IMG/VR virus record: IMGVR_UViG_3300003690_000002
Location: 96,001 to 160,000 of that record
Source of the DNA: a virus
Length of the DNA stretch: 64,000 nucleotides
Strand: one strand, 5' to 3'
This document shows positions 20,593 to 30,941 of this stretch, in pieces. Below the pieces are notes generated by a model that worked only from the letters and a program-made list of their open reading frames with translations, ran no database searches and was not told the origin of the DNA. Position numbers and translations under genes: made by a program. Numbering within the stretch: the stretch's first letter is position 1; each line of letters opens with the position of its first letter.

Positions 20593-21039
20593 TTACTGTG
20601 GGACTTCTTCTACTATGCCCTTTATATTAATCCCGCTCAAAGGTTCAAAACTTTCTTCTGGTATTTTATTGGAATGGAAAGGTTTTCCACCTCCTTCGCG
20701 ATTTACAGCAACCGTGACGTGAGGAAAAGATATCTTTTTACTAATCTCACCAGGAGCTTGGACCTTTACTGCCATAGCACGTTCATCTCGCCCCACGGCA
20801 ATAACTGATAATGTGATTTCAGATCCCAAAGGGTAATCTTTTGAAAAATCATGTTTGCCTTTGGGGTGAACTAGCGAAGCAAAAGGAGCAATTGTCATAT
20901 GATGTACAACCGGCTCCCAGCCTTCAGGGATATCTAATTCTAGAAGCTTATTACGCGATTCTTCATCTAATACTACACCGGAATAAGCAATTGCTTCGGT
21001 TAATGTATACTGTCGCCAATTTTCAAATAAAAGTTTCAC
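20593..21039 (-). CDS. Leader-A 2H phosphoesterase
   Basis: MKLLFENWRQYTLTE; two HxT motifs (HHMTI, PHVTV). Confidence 0.78.
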   Translation of the reverse strand: MKLLFENWRQYTLTEAIAYSGVVLDEESRNKLLELDIPEGWEPVVHHMTIAPFASLVHPKGKHDFSKDYPLGSEITLSVIAVGRDERAMAVKVQAPGEISKKISFPHVTVAVNREGGGKPFHSNKIPEESFEPLSGINIKGIVEEVPQ

Positions 21040-21965
21040 TATTGTCTCCTCGTTTTTTTATAAACATCGTATACTTCTTTACTCGATTCTGTGCCTTTTT
21101 TAGCTAGGGATTTACCATAATCCAAGGTTTGCTGCAAATTACCTTCCCACTTAATAGTTACTTCACGGTACCAAGCTTCTGTACGAGCGCCAATATCAAT
21201 CCACCGGTCAAGTAATTCTACTCTGTCTCTTTCCGGAAGATCTTTCGCAAAATCTTCACCTCGGACCACATCTTTAAGCCCATCATATAAGACATTTAAA
21301 CCTTTATCGATCCCTTCCTTAGAGTTCATAAAATCATGTTTACCTTTTGCTTGGTGTAAATCGTCAATGCTGGCTAATAGTTTATATAAATGAGTGGGAG
21401 TTTTACCCTTCTCTTGACGTATATCAATAATGTCGACCAATTGTCCTTTCATTCCATCGACAATATTATCAGATACAGGCTTACCGCCGTAAGTAAGCTT
21501 CGCTTGGGCTTCGTTCTCAAATAGTACAGCAAAAGCAATATAAAAAGCAACTACAGTTAGCGTCATAGTCGCGACTTTACATACTGTGGGGTGGCTGCCG
21601 CAAAATCCTTGTACCTTCCTAATTAACCATCCTATTGATTTTAATGCTGCCATACCTGCCCTTCTAGCCAAGTCGACAAGCTGTACGGATTTTTCTAAAA
21701 TCCAATCATTTATCTTTTCCCACCCTTTCTGCAACAAGCCTGAACGTTCAGATGGAGGCTTATAATCAGGATCTGCTGTTAATTCGGCTTCTTTTTCCCA
21801 ATCTATTCCTATTTCTTCATTTAGAGAATTAAGTTCGAATAGTACAATATCTTGCCATCTTTCAATTAATTGATTATCAGAAATCAATCGTTTATCATGT
21901 TGTTCGCATATTAATTGAAATGGATTATCATTATATTTTCGCCAGTTTTCAAGTATGAGTTTCAT
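21039..21965 (-). CDS. Leader-A hypothetical protein with one hydrophobic segment
   Basis: MKLILENWRKY; TVVAFYIAFAVLF. Confidence 0.65.
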   Translation of the reverse strand: MKLILENWRKYNDNPFQLICEQHDKRLISDNQLIERWQDIVLFELNSLNEEIGIDWEKEAELTADPDYKPPSERSGLLQKGWEKINDWILEKSVQLVDLARRAGMAALKSIGWLIRKVQGFCGSHPTVCKVATMTLTVVAFYIAFAVLFENEAQAKLTYGGKPVSDNIVDGMKGQLVDIIDIRQEKGKTPTHLYKLLASIDDLHQAKGKHDFMNSKEGIDKGLNVLYDGLKDVVRGEDFAKDLPERDRVELLDRWIDIGARTEAWYREVTIKWEGNLQQTLDYGKSLAKKGTESSKEVYDVYKKTRRQ

Positions 21966-21980
21966 TTAATCCTCCTTAAG

Positions 21981-22748
21981 TCAAAGTGCTTCATTTATAT
22001 ATTCTTGTGGTTCAAGTTCAATCTTCGCGTGGGGATATCTGCTCATTAAATAATATCTCCATAATTCTCTAATTCTTCTTACTAGTGGGGTCAATTCTTC
22101 TTCTGCATATCCATAATTTAATCCAGTGTAATAAATTTCATTAATTATGTTATCAAGAAGCTCTCCAATTGGTTGTTTTTCTGTTTTTGCTCTTTTATAA
22201 ACTCCTGCGACGTGTCCTTTTACTTCAGATTCGCTTGTATAATAATCTTTAGCGGTTTGTAAAGTTTTCCATATTTCTTTGTCAGGAATCTTTTCGTAAA
22301 CTTTTTTAAGCATTTCAGTTGGCTGTCCGCTATGTTCTAACTCGTGGCGTAACGTTTCTTTGAGTTTTGGAATTAATTCTGAAAAATCTTTATTGGTATA
22401 AAGTTGTGGGAACTCAATATTAACATATACATCTGATAATTGTCGATCCTCTTCTGGTGCGTCTAAAATCCAATCATAGCTTCCATGTACAATAATACTG
22501 TGATCGTCTTCTAAATCAGATATTTTAACATTAACAATTATATCTCTAACCCATTTCAAATCTTCTAGCAGATCTGCTACTAGTGTAAATGTGGCTTCTC
22601 CGTTACTTTCAATATATGATCTTAGATCTTCATCTTTGAGCGCTTTAATAATTTCTCTTGAAAAATCAGTTGCATAACGATCTAAGCGTCGACCAGTAGT
22701 CCCAGCTTCATTTATAAATGTACGCCAATTTTCAAGTAGGAGTTTCAT
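21981..22748 (-). CDS. Leader-A zincin-like (HExxH) protein
   Basis: MKLLLENWRTFINE; TLRHELEH followed by a downstream E. Confidence 0.6.
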   Translation of the reverse strand: MKLLLENWRTFINEAGTTGRRLDRYATDFSREIIKALKDEDLRSYIESNGEATFTLVADLLEDLKWVRDIIVNVKISDLEDDHSIIVHGSYDWILDAPEEDRQLSDVYVNIEFPQLYTNKDFSELIPKLKETLRHELEHSGQPTEMLKKVYEKIPDKEIWKTLQTAKDYYTSESEVKGHVAGVYKRAKTEKQPIGELLDNIINEIYYTGLNYGYAEEELTPLVRRIRELWRYYLMSRYPHAKIELEPQEYINEAL

Positions 22749-22972
22749 TTCTTTAGTAACTCCTCAATATCATTCATTATTTGTTCAAGTTTTTCAATCT
22801 TTTCTACGGGGATTGACGCCATATTATAGTGTATGTCTGCTAATTTTTGTCCTAGCGCATCTTCAAGTTGAATAACATATTGTAAATTATCTTCACTGAT
22901 TTTTGGGCGATGAGGAAATTGTATAACTTCACCTTCAAGAAGTTTTCGCCAATGTTCCAGTAAAAGTTTCAT
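22745..22972 (-). CDS. Leader-A small protein
   Basis: MKLLLEHWRKLLEGE. Confidence 0.65.
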   Translation of the reverse strand: MKLLLEHWRKLLEGEVIQFPHRPKISEDNLQYVIQLEDALGQKLADIHYNMASIPVEKIEKLEQIMNDIEELLKK

Positions 22973-22982
22973 TTAGTATTCC

Positions 22983-23765
22983 TTATACTATGTTATTTCC
23001 ATTAATTGACATCATTTTATCATAAGATAATATTCTTAAGCTCGATAATTTTTGAAGATAATCGTTTCTTCTTAGGACTTTGAATGCTAAGTTTTCAACT
23101 GAGAATGCTCCTCTCGTCTCTAACCCACACTGTCTAAATTTCCTTATTTTTTCCCTAAGCTGTTCTGAAGCGTTTAATGCTAACTTGTACTCTTTGTTAG
23201 AAAACATCTCATAGACTTCATCTATATCTTCCATTAATCTTGCAGCTTTTTTCTTAACATTTATATAATCAATCTTTGGGTTTTCTTTTGAGGGCTCTGT
23301 TACCCATCCATTATCAATTATTGAATATACTCCTGTTGAGTGATGTGGTTCACCTGAGTTTTGTACGTATAGTTCTACTTCAAATCCTTTTATTTTTATA
23401 TTGTGATTTTTATTCCATATACTTGAGCTTTTTCTTAAAAAATCTCCAACTAATTCAAAATTTTCATCAACTTCTTTATAATCAATTATAATATGTAAAT
23501 CTATATCTGAATATTTAGACCAAGTATAGTTTGCTAAAGACCCCGTAATTGTAATATCTAAAATTTTAACCCAATGCAGCCCAAGGCTTTCAAAAAAATC
23601 ATTTGCTACTTTATAAAGTTTATTTTTTATTTTTGATTTTAATTTGCCTCTTTCCCACACATCTGAATTAAGCTCATCTTGTATCTCAAAGCTTGAAACG
23701 TCAACGGATTCTGGATTGACTAATTCTTCAAGGTAAATCTCCCAATTTTCAAAGAGTTTTCGCAT
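22983..23765 (-). CDS. Leader-A Pol-beta superfamily nucleotidyltransferase
   Basis: MRKLFENWEIYLEE; TGSLANYTWSKYSDIDLH; third Asp replaced by VELYV. Confidence 0.78.
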   Translation of the reverse strand: MRKLFENWEIYLEELVNPESVDVSSFEIQDELNSDVWERGKLKSKIKNKLYKVANDFFESLGLHWVKILDITITGSLANYTWSKYSDIDLHIIIDYKEVDENFELVGDFLRKSSSIWNKNHNIKIKGFEVELYVQNSGEPHHSTGVYSIIDNGWVTEPSKENPKIDYINVKKKAARLMEDIDEVYEMFSNKEYKLALNASEQLREKIRKFRQCGLETRGAFSVENLAFKVLRRNDYLQKLSSLRILSYDKMMSINGNNIV

Positions 23766-24393
23766 ATTTTAATTCCTCTAGCTCTTCAATTGTTTTATTA
23801 ACAGATGTATGTAATATTGCAATTCCGCCGACCTTTTCCCATGGAACTGTGTTTATTGTGAAGTCATCAATTAGCACATTAGGTTTTTCATCTGCAATTG
23901 CCCATTTATATTTTTCGTGCGACATAAATATTTTTTTTGGTTCTGGGTGAAGATTGTTTTTAATCCAAATTTCTTTTCCTCTTTTTGATCCTTCACCTTT
24001 CATCGGTGCTGTTAAAATATAAGGATCGAATTTGCTTATATAAGACCATAATTCTTTTCCGCCTTCAGCCCAGGGGAGATTTGCCCAAAAATCTTCATTA
24101 TCTTCAAGTCGTTTATACATATATTTTCTTGCAGCCTGTAATCTATTCTCTTTATCCATTTTATCTAAATCTTGCGGAGTAACTGAATCGCGTCCAAGTT
24201 TAGAAAGTACGTGCCTTAATTTCTCCATTTTTTTGTCAGTAATGTTTTTATCTTTTAAATCTAAATTTATTTGTTCAAGTGCGCCAGTTTCAAAATCTAC
24301 CAACACTCCATCCATGTCGCAATAAATTTGATATGGAAAACTTTCATTTCCTTCTTGTAAATAATTTTGCCAATTTTTTAAATATTTTTCCAT
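23749..24393 (-). CDS. Leader-A HAD 5(3)-deoxyribonucleotidase (NT5C-like)
   Basis: MEKYLKNWQNYLQE; IYCDMDGVLVDF; ILTAP; K..W; LIDD. Confidence 0.85.
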   Translation of the reverse strand: MEKYLKNWQNYLQEGNESFPYQIYCDMDGVLVDFETGALEQINLDLKDKNITDKKMEKLRHVLSKLGRDSVTPQDLDKMDKENRLQAARKYMYKRLEDNEDFWANLPWAEGGKELWSYISKFDPYILTAPMKGEGSKRGKEIWIKNNLHPEPKKIFMSHEKYKWAIADEKPNVLIDDFTINTVPWEKVGGIAILHTSVNKTIEELEELKYAKTL

Positions 24394-24678
24394 AATTACA
24401 ATATATAAATAGTTTTTAATTGATTAAGCTTCTGACAGCACTTCAATTAATTCAAGTTTTATTATCTCCATATATGGTCTTTTTTTTAAACTCTGTTCAC
24501 CTTTTGGGAACCATATAACATCTGCCCTTGGGGGATGTTTATCAATTATTCTAATAATAAAACCATAACGCCATATACTAATACCTCTATCTAAATAAAT
24601 TTTTTGTCTAATGTATGTTCCAGTTGGTAAACACATCTCATAAGTTAATTAGTTAATAAATTGCATGTATGGTTTATT

Positions 24679-24891
24679 TTATAGATTATAGAAAGATTCA
24701 TTCATATGTCCACATGACGAGCAGTGGAATAGTTGAACAGGTACCATCATTTCTTGACCAGTGGGGGAGATTAGCGCAGACAATTTTTTAATAGCATATA
24801 CTTGTTTAAAAAATAAGCAGCCACACTCTTCACATGTGGCATCTTCAGCATCGTTTAAATTAATATTTAAATTTTGATTATCTTGATTCAT
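24679..24891 (-). CDS. Zinc-ribbon protein
   Basis: CEECG ... CSSCGH. Confidence 0.65.
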   Translation of the reverse strand: MNQDNQNLNINLNDAEDATCEECGCLFFKQVYAIKKLSALISPTGQEMMVPVQLFHCSSCGHMNESFYNL

Positions 24892-25201
24892 CTTCACTAA
24901 CTCTACTTGGGTCACTATCATTAAGTTTTCTAATAGCATGTCTAAGCAGTTCTTTTGCCAACTTGCTTGGATCTACTTCAGGCGAAGTGTGATCTATGCT
25001 ATCTTGTGCTAATCGTAGTGCTAACTCTCTTAATTCCTCTGCCGCTCCCTCATGGGCTTTGGATAATTCTTTTTGATACAACGCAGAGGCGAAATCTGTT
25101 TGTGGGGGGTTTTTAAAATAACTAAACTTATCATCATTATAGTCTAATTCGACAAGGCTTTCTTGAATTAGATTTTTTAATTGATTTCGTGTAAGTTTCA
25201 T
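24878..25201 (-). CDS. Leader-B protein
   Basis: MKLTRNQLKNLIQESLVE. Confidence 0.65.
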   Translation of the reverse strand: MKLTRNQLKNLIQESLVELDYNDDKFSYFKNPPQTDFASALYQKELSKAHEGAAEELRELALRLAQDSIDHTSPEVDPSKLAKELLRHAIRKLNDSDPSRVSEDESR

Positions 25202-25273
25202 TGCATTATAACTAGCAGTTGAGTATGTAAAGTGGTAAATTGTCCCCGTAAAACGGGGACTTAAAAAAATTTT

Positions 25274-25852
25274 TCAATGTCTGCGACGTTTTTGCCTATT
25301 ATTGTTAGGATGTCGCTTTTGTTGTCGATTGTTTTGACTATTATGGCGATTATACCTAGATCTTCTATTCGATCTATTTGATCTCTTTTTATAGTGCTTA
25401 TTGTTTGATCTCTTCTTGTAATGCTTGTTGTTCTTTTTATGATGCTTGTTGTTCTTCTTATAATGCTTACCCTGTTGATTATGGTTGGGCTTCCAAAATC
25501 CCCATGAATTATTGTGTCGTTTATGATTATGGCGATTGTGATGTCGTACATAAGTATTTCGATGACGGTGATATCTAACAGATTGATAATGATTATAATA
25601 TTGATATGGGTTTACATTCACATATACCTGATTACCGTTGAAATAATTATCCCAATAGTAATATGCATCTAGATGTTCGTCTGACCATCTGTCTATATTG
25701 AGAGAAAATCTTTTTACATTATCGCGATATTCATACGGTAAGTGTGAAACATATACAACCTCGTGTGAACTAATTGCGTCAGTTACATGATAACAAGATG
25801 GTGTAGCAAACATGATATTGCTACTTAAGATGATGAAAATTATACAATTCAT
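25274..25852 (-). CDS. Secreted-type protein with His/Asn/Lys/Arg low-complexity tail
   Basis: Hydrophobic N-terminus; KKNNKH/NNKHYKKR repeats. Confidence 0.6.
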   Translation of the reverse strand: MNCIIFIILSSNIMFATPSCYHVTDAISSHEVVYVSHLPYEYRDNVKRFSLNIDRWSDEHLDAYYYWDNYFNGNQVYVNVNPYQYYNHYQSVRYHRHRNTYVRHHNRHNHKRHNNSWGFWKPNHNQQGKHYKKNNKHHKKNNKHYKKRSNNKHYKKRSNRSNRRSRYNRHNSQNNRQQKRHPNNNRQKRRRH

Positions 25853-25869
25853 AGAATAAACTCCTAATG

Positions 25870-26301
25870 TTAATTATCTATATACTTTATTGTTGCACGT
25901 TTCGGGCCAAATATCTTCTCAGTTTCTTTTTCGAAGTATAATATAAGTGCTAGGTCTCTTTTTACGTTATCGAGTTCAAATTTGGTTTTATATAAAAGCG
26001 TGGCAGCTCTCTTGTTTTTTTCGAGAGAAAGAAAAATTTTAAGATTTTCATAAACTTTATCGAATTGGCTTCTAGCTTCATTATATTCTAGAACCGCTTC
26101 TCGCATCTCTCCACTATTTGCTTTCTTAATTGCCTCTTTCTTAGATTGCAATGCTTCATTGTAATACTTATCTAGATTATCTAAATTAAATGTTTTGGTA
26201 TTAATCTCAACAGTTTTATCGGTTGTTTTAACGCTAGTAACGGGTGCGCATCCATTGAGTATATTTATAGCCATGGCTGTAATGATTAATAAATAATGCA
26301 T
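25870..26301 (-). CDS. Putative lipoprotein, helical
   Basis: Signal ending ILNG-C. Confidence 0.5.
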   Translation of the reverse strand: MHYLLIITAMAINILNGCAPVTSVKTTDKTVEINTKTFNLDNLDKYYNEALQSKKEAIKKANSGEMREAVLEYNEARSQFDKVYENLKIFLSLEKNKRAATLLYKTKFELDNVKRDLALILYFEKETEKIFGPKRATIKYIDN

Positions 26302-26350
26302 AATTCAGGTTCCTTTTTCCATACTATTATATACTATTATCGATAAAATA

Positions 26351-26683
26351 TCAACAAAAAAGAAACAAAAAAAATGCCCACATTATAGCTGAATATGAAA
26401 CAAAACATATATATATACCAATCTTACTAATCGAAGTATGGCGATACTTCCACAGCAAATAGACTCCTACCCCAACAATAAAAGTTTTGAATATGACAAA
26501 GGGGATATCCCCAATGCTCATCATATACTTTGTTATAGGGTTTAGCTCGTCTAATACAGCTGCGTGCTGTATAAACCAGATTGATAACACGGCATCGATA
26601 GCGTTCATTACCAATATCATACCGAGCATTATTTTCATTAAGTATTCTACATTGGTATATTGCTGTTCTCTGCTTAATTTCAT
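26351..26683 (-). CDS. Membrane protein (DUF5658-like)
   Basis: NAIDAVLS...ELNP pattern; three hydrophobic segments. Confidence 0.5.
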   Translation of the reverse strand: MKLSREQQYTNVEYLMKIMLGMILVMNAIDAVLSIWFIQHAAVLDELNPITKYMMSIGDIPFVIFKTFIVGVGVYLLWKYRHTSISKIGIYICFVSYSAIMWAFFLFLFC

Positions 26684-26774
26684 TCATATATAACTATAAA
26701 TGAACAGCTGTTTTTTTTAAAATTTTATTTTTGTGATTTTTTTAGATAGTCTGTTTCTCTTGTTTTTGCTTCCT

Positions 26775-27029
26775 CTACGTCGTACGCCGTAGATCTACGT
26801 CGTATTCTTCAAATTTAGCGATCCAACGTAATGCGGATTCCAACTTTTCCGAAGGCTTATTACCTGGTAAACTAGACGTTGCAAGAAAATCCCACAATTC
26901 GTAATAAGCCTCGCTATGTTGCGTTTGCTCCTCATCTGAAAAAGGCTCTGCTGCAAGATCTTCCTCGTTAACATATTTTTGTACTTCTTCTTTAATAATA
27001 TGTCTTAAATTTAATTTAGTTAACTTCAT
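26775..27029 (-). CDS. Leader-B small protein
   Basis: MKLTKLNLRHIIKEE from ATG 27029. Confidence 0.65.
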   Translation of the reverse strand: MKLTKLNLRHIIKEEVQKYVNEEDLAAEPFSDEEQTQHSEAYYELWDFLATSSLPGNKPSEKLESALRWIAKFEEYDVDLRRTT

Positions 27030-27298
27030 TAGATTTCCTCTACAGAAGTTCCGGAAAGATCTTCCTCTTCCGGATATCCGGCTTGTTCTTTTTTCCACTC
27101 CTTAACATACATTTCGAAATTTTCTGTTAAAAATCGTTTACCTACGGGTGGCATTACCTTATACAGTTTATCCGCGCTCGTCATCACTTGTCTCATCTCA
27201 GTAATCCACCATTGCTCACCCCTTGGCTTATCGGGATCAATGGCTTCTTCCAAAGTTTCTTTAATGAGTTGTTTAAGTCTAGATTTGGTTAGTTTCAT
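27029..27298 (-). CDS. Leader-B small protein
   Basis: MKLTKSRLKQLIKETLEE; late motif at 27326-27335. Confidence 0.7.
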   Translation of the reverse strand: MKLTKSRLKQLIKETLEEAIDPDKPRGEQWWITEMRQVMTSADKLYKVMPPVGKRFLTENFEMYVKEWKKEQAGYPEEEDLSGTSVEEI

Positions 27299-27389
27299 AT
27301 AGGAATCCTAGCTTTGTTTAGTATTAATAAATAGTTACAATCATTGAGAATGCCTTAAAATCTCATATTTTTTCAGCGGTATCACGAAC

Positions 27390-27472
27390 GTACTTAGTCA
27401 GCTCTCCTAAGTACCTGTATTCATTGGGACATAGATTCCGGTAGAGGGGGGGAGGGGCCCGGGGGGTACCCC
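27390..27472. other. G/C-tract element plus hairpin at the early/late zone boundary
   Basis: G7-A-G4-CCC-G6-TA-C4 at 27446-27472 containing palindrome GGGGTACCCC; 8-bp inverted repeat GTACTTAG/CTAAGTAC at 27390-27414. Confidence 0.6.
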
Positions 27473-28918
27473 ACAAAGCGTAGCTTGTTAGCGCTTGTTC
27501 TTATCTATACTTAAGGAAACCTTTTAACTCTTCTAGTGTACATACTGAATCACCTTTGACTGTACTAACCTTGCAGCTATTACAGTGTCTCCATGAGCGC
27601 GTTACTACTCCCATACGTAATGTATTCGTAGTGTACTGTACCTTACCTTTACTACACTTAGCACATGTACCTATCTCTTTTGTTAACAACATTTATTTTT
27701 TATATCCTCGCCCCTTTTTCTTACGGGGCTGGTCATATGCTATTGGGATCGTTTGGATGGGAAGGGGCGGTCGATGCTGCCGGTGGTGGCATTCTCTTTA
27801 GTACACTTGCCGGTGTTCCACCAGTTCTTGCGCGTTTGCTCTTGAAGGGCATCTAGCGCGTCTTTGTAATCTTCTGGTTGCGTTGTATCTTTTGTTGCTG
27901 TTGCCATATTAATTAGCCTCCGTACATGCATTGATAAAGAGTTGTGCATTAAAACGCGGGTTAGTTTTTGCTAGTTCATTAGCAAAGCTAACCACTATGT
28001 CTTGGACGACGCAACGATTCATTGGCGAAGTGCCATGAGCCTTGAGTACGTCTGCGATAAGTTGGAAGTCTTTCTTGGTCATAGCTTTATACCTTTTTTC
28101 TCCACTGTACATGTATATTATCTCACATGTTCAATGGTTTGTCAAGTACTTTATTTTTTGTTTTTACTCTCGCCAGTATATCTTATTGCTTGTAGACTCT
28201 CTTGGGTTCTAGGCGCAACATTTCATTCAGATAGACTATCAGCGCTCCTAGCTTGTAGCTAGCTGCATACTCTATCGCGCTAGCTTCAGACCAACACAGC
28301 CCGGTATACGGGCTAAAAGGTCCAATCTCTTTCACTTTCTCAAATTCAGATTGCAATGCATCTTCAAGCTGTTGCTCGTAGTCTTGCTGACGTTTCAATG
28401 CTTCGTCGTATTTACTAATTTTGCTGTCCTCACTCATAATAATTATCTCCTCAAATAGAAAATGCTTGACAATTAGCGGAAGTACCTATGTACTTAGTAT
28501 TCCCCATATCATCCCACTTTGCCCCACCCTATTCAACTTACTTTCATTTATAAAAGCTTTATGTAAGCTTTCTGTACCACCACTACCCATTTTACTTCCA
28601 CAGCGCTGATTCACGGGTTGTGAACACTGCCATGCCTTTGGATGAGTGAAGGTCGCAAGAATCGCACCATCGCACCGCAGACATGTCAAAGGATTTATAG
28701 TAAATATTTCCCTTTTTGCATTGAGCACATTTGCCTAATTTCTTTTTCTTTGGCTTCGAAGTACTTTTCTTTCCAAGATTAAAAATCATTAGAAAATTGC
28801 CATAGCAAAAGTAAAAATACCTACATGTGCTGCAACAATCAGATACACCCAACCTTTGTTGGTTAGTTCTCCTGATGCGTCTCGAAGGGTTGTTGTGTCG
28901 AATTGATTTAGTACTTTC

Positions 28919-30621
28919 TTAAACATTGTTTTTCTTCCTTTCTTTTTTCTTATAAATTTCTAAAAACTGTAACATGGTCGCATTAAGCGTGGTGATATGA
29001 TCCTGACCAATGATATGAACCAAGTGGTTTGTGACTTCATGTCCGTTGCGGGAATAAATGATTTTATCTTTACCTAGATATAAACCAATCTTACCACTGA
29101 GATCATAACAATGTGTGACTTCTCCAAACTGTACCAGATCACCGATTTGTACTTGTTTTAAGTCCATGCGAATTTGACTATTTCTTCTTTTTCTTTATTA
29201 CCTTCTTTTTAGACTTTCGCCATGCGCTGAATACTGTTTCTGGACCTCTTGCATCTGGTGGTAATTGTATTACACCATTGTCTTTGATATACATTTTAAG
29301 TTGTTTTAATTCTTCTTCTCTCGTCATTATTTTTTACTCTCTCTTATTTGGTACATCGTGCTTTTGTCAAACTAAACACGCTGTACTGATTATGAATGTT
29401 TATTGGCGAATATCCGTACTGACGATTATAATCGTATGGTGCGGGTCCCGACCACTCTACAAACACTCGTCCACTACCAATTCCATATGGATTGGTTTCA
29501 ATTTTATAAATGAGTCCTATATGTGCTTTGTCTCTAGTGGCAAATTTCGCTGTTATCAAGTCTCCAACTTGTGGCCATCTATTATTGTCGCTCACTGACA
29601 ACCTCCACGTCTCGTGGGCTTTCCCAAGTCATCGTTTTTCCAATGTGCGCTGGCTTTGCAGGCCAACTGATTTTATAACGATAAACACCAGTGGAAACCT
29701 GTTCTTTTGTATGTATTAAGCCTGTACCTTCATAAGTGCTGGCATGAGGTTTGTAAATAACTAAATCACCGACTTGCATTTAGTACCTCAAGCAGTTCTC
29801 CACGACAATACAGTGTGGAGTCGCGACCATCCTTTGTCCACAAAACTTTGTAATCACCGTTGTTCGTTTGTTCTGGTGTTTGGAGCACTAAACCATGCGC
29901 GGCATATGGCTGGTGATGCACTTTATACTTTACTAAATCACCGACTTGCATTGATAACCTCTATTTCACTGCTCCAGTGAGAACCTTGTGATCCGTCATT
30001 CCATCGAATATGATGTAAAACTCCATCGCCGAGCGCCATTTTTGTAGTTTTATAAACTATTCCAATATATTTTCCCGAATTATGTTTCACTAAGTCACCG
30101 GTTTGCATTAATAACTTCCAATTCGTCAACCCAACGATTGCCGACATGTCCATCCATCCACGAGATTGTGTACATTTTGTCTCCAAGATGATCCATCGCC
30201 AATTTCACGACTAAGCCAAGCATACCATTATTTTTGAACTTTACTAAATCACCGACTTGCATTGATAACTTCCAAAGCACGTTCGTCAAGAAGACGTGCA
30301 CGTCCATCCAAGAGGACGCGGACAATGTGGTCGCCGGTTGTACCCAGTCGGTCCCGTCCTATCACAACGCCAACTTTATGCCAAAGGGCACTAATCGTTC
30401 GCTTGTTGACTTTTACTAGATCACCGACTTTCATTTACAACCTCTAAGTCTCGTTCCAATCGTCGAATCACGCGATTCTTACTATTACAAAGTTGAATTT
30501 CGTGATACAAAATATCGTACTCGTTGGGTCGTGGCTCAACAGTTTTAAGAATCAATCCAACCATATCTGTTGGGACGCCGATACCGGCTCTCGTAATCTT
30601 AACTAAATTACCGGGCTTCAT
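28919..30621 (-). CDS. Array 1 of KOW/SH3-like small proteins (8 genes)
   Basis: Genes ending at 28919, 29344, 29582, 29766, 29938, 30095, 30249, 30421; starts M(Q/K)(V/T/P)G(D/N)LV, most ending in EV(I/V/L)(N/S)(A/E)SR. Confidence 0.8.
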
Positions 30622-30941
30622 ATAGCTACCTTTATTTTGATGTTCTCAATGTGCTTGCATTTTCTTCGAAAACCAAACCCAACGCAAGTACAACTCCATG
30701 TGTCGCTAGCAGAGCGTTTAACGGTGTACTTATTCTTTTTTGATCCCTCAACCTCGAATGTTTCTTTCCGTGCGTTAGGGGTGCCTTTCTCGGGTTTATA
30801 AGAAAGAATCCAGCGTACGTCATTGAGTGTTGTTCCTTTTGGAACTTCAATCCACGGCTGGTTGCCTGCGACGACGTACGTTTTACCCGAAGTCAGGCTA
30901 TCAAAAATGGCTGGGTTTAATGTGCTTTTGACGCTAATCAT
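30618..30941 (-). CDS. SWIM-type zinc-finger protein
   Basis: WSCTCVGFGFRRKCKH. Confidence 0.7.
   Translation of the reverse strand: MISVKSTLNPAIFDSLTSGKTYVVAGNQPWIEVPKGTTLNDVRWILSYKPEKGTPNARKETFEVEGSKKNKYTVKRSASDTWSCTCVGFGFRRKCKHIENIKIKVAI

Noticed and set aside
18406-22972. 26-nt leader repeats as CRISPR or DGR template/variable repeats
   Set aside because: Each copy is the first nine codons of a gene, spacing is irregular, there is no adenine-specific variation and no reverse transcriptase.
29582-30434. Regularly spaced short repeats (TCACCGACTTGCAT) resembling a CRISPR array
   Set aside because: Spacing is 150-190 nt, the intervals are open reading frames and the repeat is itself coding; no cas genes in the window.
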